Positions 49,733 to 60,136 of a DNA stretch of 64,000 bases are shown here, piece by piece. The translations under genes and the position numbers were made by a program. How positions within the stretch are numbered: the stretch's first letter is position 1; the number at the start of each line of letters is the position of its first letter. Below the pieces are notes generated by a model. It did no database searches. It was not told the origin of the DNA and was given only the letters and a program-made list of their open reading frames with translations. Source of the stretch: Candidatus Caldarchaeum sp. GTDB lineage: Archaea; Thermoproteota; Nitrososphaeria_A; Caldarchaeales; Caldarchaeaceae. Location of the stretch: positions 1 to 64,000 of the forward strand of contig JAWBKB010000006.1 of assembly GCA_038831915.1 (NCBI GenBank), given 5' to 3'.

Positions 49733-50968
49733 TTGAATTATTTCCGCGACGCAGTTTCGAAAACATTTTCCTACTTCGTCGGAATCGGGCGAAATTCATC
49801 TCTATTGATAGCTGGCCAAGCGCTCCTTTCCTTTCAAATGGGAGTTATGGCTCTAGTCTTTCCCATCTATTTCGCGAAAACCGGTTTGGACGGTGTGCAA
49901 ATCGGCTTTCTCATAGCCGCGGCCCAGCTTACAGGCGCCGTAGCCTCACTACCATTTGGCATTTACGCCGACAGGAAAGGCCGTAAAAAATTTGTTTTGC
50001 TCGGGTCAGCTTTGTCTGGTGCTTCCTTTATTCTCTATGCGTTAGTTCAAGATTTTGCGCATCTTATTTTGATTAGCATAGTTCTAGGAGTAGCTTCTGG
50101 CATGGGTTCATCGGCCTTTTCAGCATGGCTTGCTAACTCGGTTTCTTCCGAAAAAAGAAATGCAGTGTTCAGCCTAAACGCCGCGGTAAGCTCAGCTCTG
50201 TTCGTCGTCTCCTCGCTACTGGGAATATTGCCGTCGATGCTTAGAACAGGTTTTGGATTTGGTGAGCTAGATTCTTACAGGCCTTTGATAGCTTTGCCGG
50301 GGTTTCTTGCGTTTGTCGCACTCGTTATCTTTCAACTGGCTGAAGACAAAAAGGTAGTCCAGAACAGACGAATGGTGATTTCAAATCAATCGATACAAGT
50401 TTTGACAAAATACGGGATTGTCAACTCACTGGTCTCTCTCGGCGCGGGGCTTGTCATACCTCTTTTTTCCTATTGGTTTTTTCTGCGTTTCGGCGTTGAG
50501 GAGGATGTACTGGCTCCCCTTTTCGGCATCTCCAACCTTATGCTATTATTCTCTTTCCTACTGGCTCCCCGCATAGCTGACCGTTTTGGAGCGATTCGGA
50601 CAATAGTTGCTACTCAGATGAGCTCTACAGCTTTGCTTGTACTCATCCCCTTGTCACCAGATTACACAGTGGTGAGCGTTCTCTATGTTTTTCGAGCGTT
50701 GTTGATGAACATGGCTAACCCGCTCATCACCGCTTTAATACTAAGCGTTATCAACCCGGACGAACGCGCAACCGCATCCAGCATATCAACCATTACATGG
50801 AGTATTCCAAATGCGTTGACAACTCCGCTTGGAGGATATTTGATGGAGAACGTTTCGCTGTCCGCGCCCTTCTTCCTATGCGGAATACTTTACGCATCGG
50901 CCATCACGATGTTCTACTACTTTTTCCGAAAAAGCGTTGCCGGAACAAAATCAGATGACCTCTTATGA
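49733..50968 (+). CDS. MFS transporter
   Basis: About 12 TM helices; GIYADRKGRK and IADRFG motif-A repeats. Confidence 0.92.
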   Translation: MNYFRDAVSKTFSYFVGIGRNSSLLIAGQALLSFQMGVMALVFPIYFAKTGLDGVQIGFLIAAAQLTGAVASLPFGIYADRKGRKKFVLLGSALSGASFILYALVQDFAHLILISIVLGVASGMGSSAFSAWLANSVSSEKRNAVFSLNAAVSSALFVVSSLLGILPSMLRTGFGFGELDSYRPLIALPGFLAFVALVIFQLAEDKKVVQNRRMVISNQSIQVLTKYGIVNSLVSLGAGLVIPLFSYWFFLRFGVEEDVLAPLFGISNLMLLFSFLLAPRIADRFGAIRTIVATQMSSTALLVLIPLSPDYTVVSVLYVFRALLMNMANPLITALILSVINPDERATASSISTITWSIPNALTTPLGGYLMENVSLSAPFFLCGILYASAITMFYYFFRKSVAGTKSDDLL

Positions 50969-51987
50969 TTAAAGAACGTGGAAAGTTAAAAGACGGAAAA
51001 AACAGTTTCGAAAATGGATTGCGTGAAGTTTGGGAAACCGATGACGGAGTCATAGTTGTAGAGCTTGGACATGACTTCTCCAAGCCTGTGAGAGCGTTTC
51101 TTCTTCCCGAAACAGATGGATATGTACTGGTGGACACGGGCTATGCCGAAACAGCCGAACAACTGCTATTAGCTATCAAACCATACAGGATAACAAAAAT
51201 CGTATTGACTCATCTACACATAGACCACGCAGGGGGAGTTGCACTGCTGAAAACAAAGATGAAGACTCCCCTGTTTTATCATAGAAATGAGTCGATCGCT
51301 CTTCGTTATGCGCAAAGAGCCGATGAATGGTTCCCGATAGTTTTCAATGAAGAGGATGTTCCGGCTTTACGTGATGCGTTGAAGTTTCTGAGAAACTTTC
51401 CAACACCGGATGGTTTTTTGGATGAGAACGTGTTGAAGAGCTGGGTCGTAATCGAAACGCCCGGACATACACCGGGCCATGTAGTTTTCAGCAACGGACG
51501 TGAAGCGGTTATTGGCGACTTGATTCTCAGCGATGACACGTCAAACGTCGCCTATGTTCCCATCCCGGGATACCGTCCTCTTTCTAGTTATTTGTCCAGT
51601 GTGGTGAAAGTCGCGAAGCTCCACGTTAACAGGTTTCTACCATCGCATGGCTTGTTGTTTGAAACATGCCGAAACCGTGTTAAGGAAATCTTCGCCCACC
51701 ACTATGAAAGACTTTCTCAGACGGCGGCTGCACTTAACGAGGGTCTCAAAACACCTACCGACGTAGCGACTCGAATAAAATGGTCGAAAGGAAGTTACTA
51801 TAGTCTGCCGCCGGTAGAGAAATGGCTCGCCCTACTCGAAACACTTTCGCATTTGGATTTCCTCGCCGAAACAGGCTACGCCGTTAACGAATCAACATTT
51901 GTTTACAAAGTTTCCGAAAACCCGGACTGGAAAAGAGTCATGCAATTCATGGAGAAGCTTGCGTCAAATTTCTGGAGCTCATCGTGA
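50965..51987 (+). CDS. MBL-fold metallo-hydrolase with C-terminal wHTH
   Basis: LVDTG, THLHIDHAGG, TPGHTPGH, GDLIL, PSHG, ETLSHL. Confidence 0.88.
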   Translation: MIKERGKLKDGKNSFENGLREVWETDDGVIVVELGHDFSKPVRAFLLPETDGYVLVDTGYAETAEQLLLAIKPYRITKIVLTHLHIDHAGGVALLKTKMKTPLFYHRNESIALRYAQRADEWFPIVFNEEDVPALRDALKFLRNFPTPDGFLDENVLKSWVVIETPGHTPGHVVFSNGREAVIGDLILSDDTSNVAYVPIPGYRPLSSYLSSVVKVAKLHVNRFLPSHGLLFETCRNRVKEIFAHHYERLSQTAAALNEGLKTPTDVATRIKWSKGSYYSLPPVEKWLALLETLSHLDFLAETGYAVNESTFVYKVSENPDWKRVMQFMEKLASNFWSSS

Positions 51988-52024
51988 GCATAAGTATAAT
52001 ATTTCCATCGACGTTCAACCATAT

Positions 52025-52078
52025 GCGATGATGAGTCTGACCAGGCTGAACTATGATAGGGATCTTGAGCTCTGAGCG
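52025..52078 (+). ncRNA. C/D box methylation-guide sRNA
   Basis: C box ATGATGA (52028-52034), 11-nt guide GTCTGACCAGG, D' CTGA (52046-52049), C' ATGATAG (52053-52059), 12-nt guide GGATCTTGAGCT, D CTGA (52072-52075). Intergenic, with a TATA-like element about 30 nt upstream. Confidence 0.85.
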
Positions 52079-52116
52079 GATGAAAAAGTAAAATCAACAT
52101 TTTCGCAGTTTTTCGC

Positions 52117-52596
52117 ATGCTTGAACAGGAAATTTTCGGAACATTGCTTGCCTCAGTGGTTTTCCTGCTTCTAATCGCCCTTCTACGCTACTTTCTCCAA
52201 CGCAAATTCAGACAGGAGACGCGTAAAGTTTTGTATTTCGCAGTAGTGCTGTTATCGACGGTTTACTTCAGCTACATCGCTTATCTCTGGCGGCTTTTCG
52301 AATTCGTCGTCGGTGTTCTCGCGACCGCCGGTGCACTTGGTCTTCTCTTCGCTTTGTCGCTCGTACCGTATGTCAGCGATATTTTCGCTGGGATATCCAT
52401 CGTGTTAGACCCACGCATCAACGTTGGAAGCGAAGTCGAAATAGATGGGAAACGCGGCGTTATAACTGAAATAACTTTGACACGGACAATCATCTCAGGA
52501 GATGAATGTCTCATCATGGTGCCGAACAAAAAATTCAGAGACTCGGTAGTGGTGGTGTATTCGACGAAGCCATTTGAGAAAGTTTTCAAGACCTAA
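52117..52596 (+). CDS. Short MscS-family mechanosensitive channel protein
   Basis: Three TM helices, SDIFAGI, VGSEVEIDGKRG...I.LTRT, VPNK. Confidence 0.8.
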   Translation: MLEQEIFGTLLASVVFLLLIALLRYFLQRKFRQETRKVLYFAVVLLSTVYFSYIAYLWRLFEFVVGVLATAGALGLLFALSLVPYVSDIFAGISIVLDPRINVGSEVEIDGKRGVITEITLTRTIISGDECLIMVPNKKFRDSVVVVYSTKPFEKVFKT

Positions 52597-53837
52597 TGCG
52601 AAACGGGCTGCTTGTCTTCAAGTACGTCGATTATCTTGTCAAGCTGTGCGGGAACCACGTAGGCTTGGCCGCTTATCTGTTCGAGAACTTCGTCAACTTT
52701 GAACCCGGCTCCAGTGACACAGCAGACCACTTCATCACCGGCGTCGATAACATGTTCTTCCCTCATTTTCTTGACCGCGGCCACTGTTATGGCACCGCCC
52801 GGTTCCGCGAAGACTCCCGTGAATTTTGCCAGTAACTTGACGGCTTCGACAGTGTCATAGTCATCGACCTTCTGACATGTTCCACCAGTCTTTCTCGCAA
52901 CCGATAACGCATAAAGTCCGTCGCCCGGATTTCCGATCGCCAAGCTTTTCACGATGGTTTCCGGTTTTTTCACAGGTTTGACTTCAGTCGCTCCTCTTTC
53001 AAACGCAGAGGTTATGGGTGAACAACCTGTCGGCTGCACGCCATGAAAAACCGTGTCAAAACAATGCAACGCACCGAATTCCGCAAACTCCTTCAAACCT
53101 TTGTGCAAAGCACCGAACAACGCGCCGCTCGCCATGGGAACAACTATGTGCTGCGGAGCCCGCCAGCCCAGCGACTCAACAATTTCGAACATCATGGTTT
53201 TTGACCCCTCGACGTAGAAGGGCCGTAGGTTGACGTTCACGATTCCGACCCGGGCCGAGTCGACGAGCAAATACGCGAGACGGTTTACGTCGTCGTATGT
53301 TCCGTCGACTAGGACAACTTTTCCGCCGTATATTGATGCCTGTCTGACTTTCGGAAGCTCAACTGTGTCCGGCATGAGTACAAATCCTGTTAGACCTGCT
53401 GCGGCGGCATGAGCCATAGTGGCTGATGCAAGATTACCCGTCGATGCGCATCCAACAATGTTCAATCCAAATTCCTTGGCTTTTGAAACAGCCACGGAAG
53501 CCGGCCGGTCTTTGAAAGAATACGAAGGGTTGACGGTGTCGTTTTTGATGTACAGGTTTGGGACGCCCAACACCTTTCCGAGTTCTTTGGCGTGAATTAG
53601 AGGTGTTCCACCGGCTCCGATGTCAACTCGAAACCTTTTGTCAACTGGGAGGAGCTCAGCGTAACGCCAAACACCCCGAACAGTGCTGTTTGCTAACCTA
53701 TTCCGAAGCCCGTCCTCTATGTCTTCATAAACCACATCAAGCGCGTCAAGACATCTGTCGCAGAGGTTTCGAAGCTCGTTCGGATATTCAAAACCACAAC
53801 TTCGACACACCAGCTTTAGTTCAAACCACCTTGACAT
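52593..53837 (-). CDS. thrC: Threonine synthase (PLP-dependent)
   Basis: GGTPL, NPSYSFKDR, CASTGNLA, EGSKT, PMASG, VTGAGFK. Confidence 0.9.
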   Translation of the reverse strand: MSRWFELKLVCRSCGFEYPNELRNLCDRCLDALDVVYEDIEDGLRNRLANSTVRGVWRYAELLPVDKRFRVDIGAGGTPLIHAKELGKVLGVPNLYIKNDTVNPSYSFKDRPASVAVSKAKEFGLNIVGCASTGNLASATMAHAAAAGLTGFVLMPDTVELPKVRQASIYGGKVVLVDGTYDDVNRLAYLLVDSARVGIVNVNLRPFYVEGSKTMMFEIVESLGWRAPQHIVVPMASGALFGALHKGLKEFAEFGALHCFDTVFHGVQPTGCSPITSAFERGATEVKPVKKPETIVKSLAIGNPGDGLYALSVARKTGGTCQKVDDYDTVEAVKLLAKFTGVFAEPGGAITVAAVKKMREEHVIDAGDEVVCCVTGAGFKVDEVLEQISGQAYVVPAQLDKIIDVLEDKQPVSH

Positions 53838-53867
53838 CGGTGGCTCCGGGCTTTTTATAAACCTTAC

Positions 53868-54881
53868 CTACGCGTTGAGAATCAGCAACAAGTCTTCTTT
53901 TCGTATCGTTAGACCGAATCTTTCTTCCCGGCTTTTCATGTATCTATAGCATCTCAGGATAAGTGGAAGGTGTTTGGTGAAGCTGAGCTCGTTTCTTTGC
54001 CGGAGTTTAACCAGTTTATACATGTCGGAAAAAGCCTTAAAGGTCTTGAGAACTTCATCTGCATACTTGTAGGTGTCTGTTAATGATTGGGCGAAGATTT
54101 CAGCACATTCGAGGCTTGGGATGATTCCTTCACCTAGCATTGGAAAAACAGTTCCTATGGATTCTCCTACACCGACCACTTTCCCCTGAGCGAAGGGAAG
54201 GAGATTTTCCGGTGGAGCTAGTCTAACTGATTTTCCGAAACGCGTAAAGGGTTTACCCCCGTACTGTGATAGAAATTGTTTCACGTTTGTCACGTGGCCG
54301 CCTGCAACATGTCCCGCACCGACGTAAACATCCCCGTTTACCAGCGGAAAATACCATAGATAACCAGCGCAGTTGGGAAATATTTTGACGTAGAAATCTT
54401 CGTAGGGCATGCGTCCTTCGTAGCGGACAAGATATTGGAAGCACGGAACGATTTCATCGTTTCTGGGAGGAGGTAGGAGAGCTCTTGAAATTCCAGTAGC
54501 GTCAACTATCAAGTCAAACTTTTTACACAGTTCTTCGACCGTCGGCGTTACTCCGTAAAAAACCTTGTACCCCTGAGTCATGTTTAACTCCAGACGGGCT
54601 TTATCATAGGTGCAGAGGCCTTTCATAGGAATGGAGGAAGATTTTTTGCCGTTGTCAAGAATGAGGTTTTCGCCGATGTGAAGCACGTAGTCATCAAAAT
54701 CGACTTCGACAGTGTCCAGAAGCTTTTTTATGTGATTTCGAGAGGTCCCCCAAGCGCAGATGGCTTTAAATGTTTCACGCCGCTGCCTCTCAAAACCAAC
54801 CACTTCATGTTCCACTGAAAGACGTCTAACAAGGTACGAACCAGCAACACCGAGCCCTACGACAGCTATTTTCAATTTCAA
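53868..54881 (-). CDS. FAD-dependent oxidoreductase, geranylgeranyl reductase-like
   Basis: VVGLGVAG, CAWG, IVDATG, GYLWYFP, VGESIG.V.PMLGEGI. Confidence 0.8.
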   Translation of the reverse strand: MKLKIAVVGLGVAGSYLVRRLSVEHEVVGFERQRRETFKAICAWGTSRNHIKKLLDTVEVDFDDYVLHIGENLILDNGKKSSSIPMKGLCTYDKARLELNMTQGYKVFYGVTPTVEELCKKFDLIVDATGISRALLPPPRNDEIVPCFQYLVRYEGRMPYEDFYVKIFPNCAGYLWYFPLVNGDVYVGAGHVAGGHVTNVKQFLSQYGGKPFTRFGKSVRLAPPENLLPFAQGKVVGVGESIGTVFPMLGEGIIPSLECAEIFAQSLTDTYKYADEVLKTFKAFSDMYKLVKLRQRNELSFTKHLPLILRCYRYMKSREERFGLTIRKEDLLLILNA

Positions 54882-54991
54882 TTGGGAGAATTTCGTCCGG
54901 ATAAAAATATATTACCCACGTTAACAACCCTGAAATATCGTCGTTTTTTGGCAGACTATGTTTAAGTATGAATGACTGGCTGTAAAGTCAG

Positions 54992-55498
54992 ATGTCTAAG
55001 CGCGTCACCGAAATATTCGAGGAAAATGCCCTCGACTATCTCCATTCAGTTTCTAAAATCGTTCTCACCACTGAAATCCCGACGCTCAGTTTCGCTGGAA
55101 AAAACTTCGAAGACTTGAAGAGAGGTGTTGTGCTTAACGTCTGGAACTGGGTTGCGGATGTTCTTGTTTCACATGGCTTCGCCGAATACGTTTCTAAGCC
55201 GTCTCTGTCGACTCAGTTGATGCAGGTAGAATGGCGAGAAAAGACCAACCCATCTGACCTACAGCCTTTGCCGAAACATTTCTATGCCGAAATGTCCCGC
55301 AGTGCAGACGATGAATACATTCAAAAAAGGTTGTTAGATGTTGCGACGATGCGGATGATGAAGGTCATGATGTTGGCCGCGAAAAGGTTAGAAGGCGATG
55401 TTCTTCGCAAGCTCACCCCAGAAGAAGAGGCCCTGTACCGGCTGGTGTTTAAAGTCGTCGACGAATGGATGCGAGCCGTTGGCTCCAAGAAAGGGTGA
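54992..55498 (+). CDS. GINS subunit (Gins23-like)
   Basis: W.ADVL...G, LQPLPKHFY, R..K, LTPEEEALY; immediately upstream of mcm. Confidence 0.8.
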   Translation: MSKRVTEIFEENALDYLHSVSKIVLTTEIPTLSFAGKNFEDLKRGVVLNVWNWVADVLVSHGFAEYVSKPSLSTQLMQVEWREKTNPSDLQPLPKHFYAEMSRSADDEYIQKRLLDVATMRMMKVMMLAAKRLEGDVLRKLTPEEEALYRLVFKVVDEWMRAVGSKKG

Positions 55499-55504
55499 TG
55501 TTTG

Positions 55505-57526
55505 ATGGAGTCGCAGCCTTTGGAAGAGAGATTGGTTCTTTTCTTTAAATCTGAAAAATATCGCGAGCTTTTGCGGGAATCAGCGGTAAAGAAACGACGC
55601 AGCATTCCAGTCGATTTCAACGACTTGATAAAATTCGATGAGAAGTTTGCGATGGAGCTGGTAAACAAGCCAACAGTTCTTTACAACGTGTTGAACCGGG
55701 CCTGTTATAGGCAGCTGCAGATTGAAGACCCGGAATATGCCCGCACTGTTAAGACTTTTACTGCGAGAATAGTTTCTCTTCCCACAGTTACTTCGATTAG
55801 AGAAGTTCGGTCTGAGCATCTGCGGAAACTGGTGATGATCGATGGCATGGTGTCGAAGGCTTCGGCGGTCAAGCCAATTCTTAAAACCGGTGTATTCAGA
55901 TGTCGATACTGTGGTTCAACTCAAGAGGTTGAGCAGACAGCTCAAAAACTTCTAACACCTGAAGCTTGCATAGATCGAACATGTAGGGGAAGTAAGCGTC
56001 CGAGCTTCGAACTCATACCTGAAGAATCCAGTTACATAGATTATCAGGTCATCGGCGTTCAGGAGAAGCCGGAAGACCTTCCTCCAGGCCAGCTTCCGCG
56101 GGTGATAGAGATGCGGCTAAAAGACGATTTGGTCGACATCGTCAGGCCAGGAGACCGTGTCATAGGTGTCGGTATTGTTGAATCTCAGCAGGAAAGAGCA
56201 GGTGAAGGTCCTCTCAAAACATTCCGCATCTATCTTGACGCTGTCAGCATCGAGCCCGCGAGCAAAGAACCTCAGGCCGTCCAGATTTCCCCCGAAGATG
56301 AAAAACTCTTCAAAAAAATGGCGGAAGACCCGTTCATAGTCAACAAACTCGTCGAGTCAGTCGCTCCATCTATATATGGTCTCGACCATATCAAGAAGGC
56401 CATTTTACTTCTTTTGATGGGCGGGCGGTCGAAAGTTTTTCCGGACGGCTTACGCGTTAGAGGTGATGTTAATATTCTTTTGGTCGGAGATCCTGGCACG
56501 GCGAAAAGTCAGCTTTTACAGTATGTGGCCTCGATAGCTCCGAGAGGCATCTACACTTCGGGGAGAGGTTCGACTGCCGCTGGACTGACCGCTGCCGTGC
56601 TAAGAGAAAAAGAGGGCGGCATGGTGCTTGAGGCCGGTGCGATGGTACTCGCCGACATGGGTGTTTGCTGTATAGACGAAATCGACAAAATGAGGCCTGA
56701 CGATAGAGTGGCCATTCATGAGGCGATGGCTCAGCAAACGGTTAGCGTTGCAAAAGGCGGCATAGTTGCCACCTTGAACGCACGGACCGCTGTGCTTGCA
56801 GCCGCGAACCCCTCGTTCGGCCGTTACGACCCGTACAAAAACTTCGCTGAAAACGTCAATTTACCCATGACGATACTTTCGCGGTTTGACTTGATTTTTG
56901 TGCTGCGTGACGAGCCTAACCCCGACCTCGACAGGAAAATTTCATCACATATTTCGGCCCTTCACCAGGTCGGCGAGCCCGAAAAACCACCCGCCATTCC
57001 GCCCGACCTACTACGCAAATACATCGCCTACGCCAAAAGACACGAGCCAGTCGTGACAGGCAAAGCCCTGAAACTCCTCGAAGAATTCTACCTCAAGATG
57101 CGCTCCCTATACGAGACAACATCAACGGTAAGCATCACTGCGAGACAGTTCGAATCCTTGATACGTTTGACAGAGGCTCATGCAAGATCTCGGCTCCGCA
57201 ACTCCGCTGACGAAGAAGATGCGGCAGCCGCGATTCTTTTGATGAAGCGAAGCTTGCAGGAAGTCGGGATAGACATCGAAACAGGAAAGCCCGACATCGA
57301 CGTTATCATGACCGGTAAGCCGAAAAGCGTTCGGGAAAAGATGAAGCTCGTGGTCGAGACCATTAAGAAATTCGAAGAAAAGAGCGGGTACGCGGCTGAG
57401 CAGGAACTTCGCGCTGCTTTGATTCAGGAAGGTTTGTCCGACGAAGAAATCACGAGGATTTTGACGAGGCTTATCACTGAAGGCCGTGTTTTCACCCCGC
57501 GGACAGGAGCCTACAAGGTGACATGA
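55505..57526 (+). CDS. mcm: Replicative helicase MCM
   Basis: Zn finger CRYC...C...C, QEKPE.LPPGQLP, GDPGTAKSQ, IDEIDKM, SRFDLIF; no intein. Confidence 0.97.
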   Translation: MESQPLEERLVLFFKSEKYRELLRESAVKKRRSIPVDFNDLIKFDEKFAMELVNKPTVLYNVLNRACYRQLQIEDPEYARTVKTFTARIVSLPTVTSIREVRSEHLRKLVMIDGMVSKASAVKPILKTGVFRCRYCGSTQEVEQTAQKLLTPEACIDRTCRGSKRPSFELIPEESSYIDYQVIGVQEKPEDLPPGQLPRVIEMRLKDDLVDIVRPGDRVIGVGIVESQQERAGEGPLKTFRIYLDAVSIEPASKEPQAVQISPEDEKLFKKMAEDPFIVNKLVESVAPSIYGLDHIKKAILLLLMGGRSKVFPDGLRVRGDVNILLVGDPGTAKSQLLQYVASIAPRGIYTSGRGSTAAGLTAAVLREKEGGMVLEAGAMVLADMGVCCIDEIDKMRPDDRVAIHEAMAQQTVSVAKGGIVATLNARTAVLAAANPSFGRYDPYKNFAENVNLPMTILSRFDLIFVLRDEPNPDLDRKISSHISALHQVGEPEKPPAIPPDLLRKYIAYAKRHEPVVTGKALKLLEEFYLKMRSLYETTSTVSITARQFESLIRLTEAHARSRLRNSADEEDAAAAILLMKRSLQEVGIDIETGKPDIDVIMTGKPKSVREKMKLVVETIKKFEEKSGYAAEQELRAALIQEGLSDEEITRILTRLITEGRVFTPRTGAYKVT

Positions 57527-59658
57527 AGACTTTTCGAACGCCGGCTGACACACCGCCGTATCTACGCCAAGCTCTTGAACGTATAGGCATCGTCGAATTC
57601 TATCCTCCTCAGTCTGAAGCTCTGGCGAAAGGTCTTCTTGACGGACGGCCTTTGATGGTTGCGACTCCGACGGCGTCGGGCAAAACCCTGATAGCCATGA
57701 TGGCAGCATACAGGCACTTAGTTCAAGGCGGCAAAGTTTTGTATTTGACGCCTTTGAGGGCGTTAGCGTCTGAAAAACTTCAAGAATTCAACGATTTTCT
57801 CGGGCATGAATTCAAAGTCGTCGCAAGCACAGGTGACTATGATTCCGCCGACCCTTGGCTTGCGTCATACGACGTGATCATCGCTACCAACGAGAAGGCG
57901 GATAGCTTGATGCGTCATAAAGCAGCATGGATGGACGATGTGTCTTTGCTTGTGGCAGATGAGGTTCACATGCTTGGAGACGAAGAACGAGGTCCTATAC
58001 TGGAAATGACTTTGACAAGGCTGCGTTACCGTAACCCGAAGGCACAGCTGTTAGCGCTCAGCGCCACCGCACCGAACGCAGACGAGCTTGCGAAATGGCT
58101 TAACGCCGAATTGGTTACACTCGACTGGAGGCCTGTGCCCCTGCGGGAAGGAGTTTATCATGATGGTGAAATTATTTATAGCGATAAGAGCCGGCGGAAA
58201 ATTCCCGAAAACGAATACAACCCTGTGTTGTCCATAATGGTGGAAACTGTGGCTGACGGAGGACAGGTTATCTTTTTCGCAAACACCCGTAAAAAGGCGG
58301 AACAGTACGCGGAAAAGGCGGCGAGCGTTCTGTCCAAATATGATATTTTATCCGACGAGGAGAGGCAGCAGTTGAGCCTTTTTTCCGATGAGCTGCTGCT
58401 TTCGACAGAGACGTCCGCGTTTACCGAACGTGTGGCTTCTTTACTTCGTCAGGGAGCGTGTTTTCACCACGCAGGCCTCGGTGCCGTTCACAGGAGACAG
58501 ATAGAGACCGCTTTTCGAAAACGTTTCCTCAAAGTTCTATGCGCGACACCGACGCTGGCCGCGGGAGTAAACCTGCCAGCTCGCGTCGTCATCATACCCG
58601 AGCTGAGAAGATATGAGGTCGGCCAGGGCATGCATACGATTTCAGTGACAGAATATAAACAGTTTTGCGGCCGGGCTGGGAGACCTAATTTCGACAGCTA
58701 CGGCGAAGCCATCACCATTGCGCGTAACAGCGACGAATTTGAACTCATCATGGAAAAATACGTCAAAGGTAGGCCCGAAAGAATCTGGTCAAGGCTAGCC
58801 GGCGAAAGACATCTCCGAATTCAGACACTCGCCGTTATCGCATCAGAAAGCATCAAAGATTTTGAAGGGCTTGACAAATTTTTCGGAGCAACTTTCCTCT
58901 CTTATCAATTCGGGTCGTCATTCATCCGTAAATCCCTTCAAACAATAGTGGAATTCTTGGAAAAGCACGGTTTCATATTCCATGATGATTTGCTTGAAGC
59001 TACTCGGCTTGGCCGCAGGGTTTCAGAGCTTTACATCGACCCTTTGACCGCGATACAAATTATCAACATCTGCGAGAAAAGGCCGAAAATTGCAACTGAT
59101 TTGGGGTTGTTGCAGGTCGTCTGCCAAGCGTATGAAGTTCCATCCGTCCCTATGAAACGAATCGAAACTCACAAGTTCGAAAGGTTCTTGGAAGAAAACA
59201 GAGACCAGTTTTTCGACGTGCCCGACCCATGTGAAGAACCAGATGACTATGATTTGTTTCTCGATTCTTTGAAGACAGCAATTTTTTTGAAGGCATGGAT
59301 AGAAGAGACGGGTGAAGGAGAGTTGTTTGAAAGGTTTGGTGTTGAGCCGGGTGATTTGGCTGTGTTGCGTGAACGGGCGAGCTGGATAGCTTATTCGGCT
59401 TCGGAGCTAATGAAAGTCGTTGGAAAAAGGGATTTGACGACAGAGTTTGAGGTGTTGTCCGCACGGGTTGAACACGGTGTAAAGGAAGAACTTCTCCCAC
59501 TTGTCGCGCTTCACGGCGTCGGAAGGGTTCGTGCCAGAAATCTCTTCAACGCAGGCTATAGGACTATAGATGACTTGAAACGCGCTTCTGTCGAAGAACT
59601 GTCTAAGGTTCCAAGCATAGGCGTCAAAATAGCTTCGCTTATAAAGAGCCAAGTTTAA
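57523..59658 (+). CDS. hel308: Ski2-like helicase Hel308/Hjm
   Basis: YPPQ, PTASGKT, DEVH, LSAT, FHHAGL, TPTLAAGVNLPA, GRAGRP, GVGRVRAR. Confidence 0.95.
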   Translation: MKTFRTPADTPPYLRQALERIGIVEFYPPQSEALAKGLLDGRPLMVATPTASGKTLIAMMAAYRHLVQGGKVLYLTPLRALASEKLQEFNDFLGHEFKVVASTGDYDSADPWLASYDVIIATNEKADSLMRHKAAWMDDVSLLVADEVHMLGDEERGPILEMTLTRLRYRNPKAQLLALSATAPNADELAKWLNAELVTLDWRPVPLREGVYHDGEIIYSDKSRRKIPENEYNPVLSIMVETVADGGQVIFFANTRKKAEQYAEKAASVLSKYDILSDEERQQLSLFSDELLLSTETSAFTERVASLLRQGACFHHAGLGAVHRRQIETAFRKRFLKVLCATPTLAAGVNLPARVVIIPELRRYEVGQGMHTISVTEYKQFCGRAGRPNFDSYGEAITIARNSDEFELIMEKYVKGRPERIWSRLAGERHLRIQTLAVIASESIKDFEGLDKFFGATFLSYQFGSSFIRKSLQTIVEFLEKHGFIFHDDLLEATRLGRRVSELYIDPLTAIQIINICEKRPKIATDLGLLQVVCQAYEVPSVPMKRIETHKFERFLEENRDQFFDVPDPCEEPDDYDLFLDSLKTAIFLKAWIEETGEGELFERFGVEPGDLAVLRERASWIAYSASELMKVVGKRDLTTEFEVLSARVEHGVKEELLPLVALHGVGRVRARNLFNAGYRTIDDLKRASVEELSKVPSIGVKIASLIKSQV

Positions 59659-60133
59659 TCAAACGCTCGAATTCAATGAGGGTTTTTTCCTGTCCAGGCT
59701 CAACCGAACCAGGCCTAATTTTCCTAACCTTATCCAAGGCCTGCCGCCACCCGATTTTTTCCGAAGCCATGACGTAAGCTGTCAAAACCATTCCCGTTCG
59801 ACCTATACCGGCCAAACAATGAACCAGAACTTTTTCGCCGTCGGCCAGCAATTTTTCGAGTGTTTTGACGATTTCGGCGATTTTGCGAGGGTCTGCTGGC
59901 ATGTGGTCATCAAGCGGAAAATGAAAATATTTTGTGTTTGTGCCGTCGATTATGCTGTTGGGTAGAGGCTCCTCAGTTAAGCTGATAATCGCTGAAATGC
60001 CTTGGTTTCGCAGAAAATTGATATGTTTTCTTCTGCTGGGAAGGCCGCTCGCCGCTATTCTGTCATTAAAGGCTGAATAGTTGGGAGGAGCTGTGGTGAA
60101 CAATCCTTGAATTTTCCGTAGAAGGCCTGGCAC
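59639..60133 (-). CDS. Dual-specificity protein phosphatase
   Basis: P-loop VHCLAGIGRTG, DDH acid loop, RPGSVE. Confidence 0.92.
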   Translation of the reverse strand: MPGLLRKIQGLFTTAPPNYSAFNDRIAASGLPSRRKHINFLRNQGISAIISLTEEPLPNSIIDGTNTKYFHFPLDDHMPADPRKIAEIVKTLEKLLADGEKVLVHCLAGIGRTGMVLTAYVMASEKIGWRQALDKVRKIRPGSVEPGQEKTLIEFERLIKLGSL

Positions 60134-60136
60134 GGT

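Noticed and set aside
46268-57526. Inteins in RFC-S or MCM
   Set aside because: Both have normal length and uninterrupted Walker motifs.
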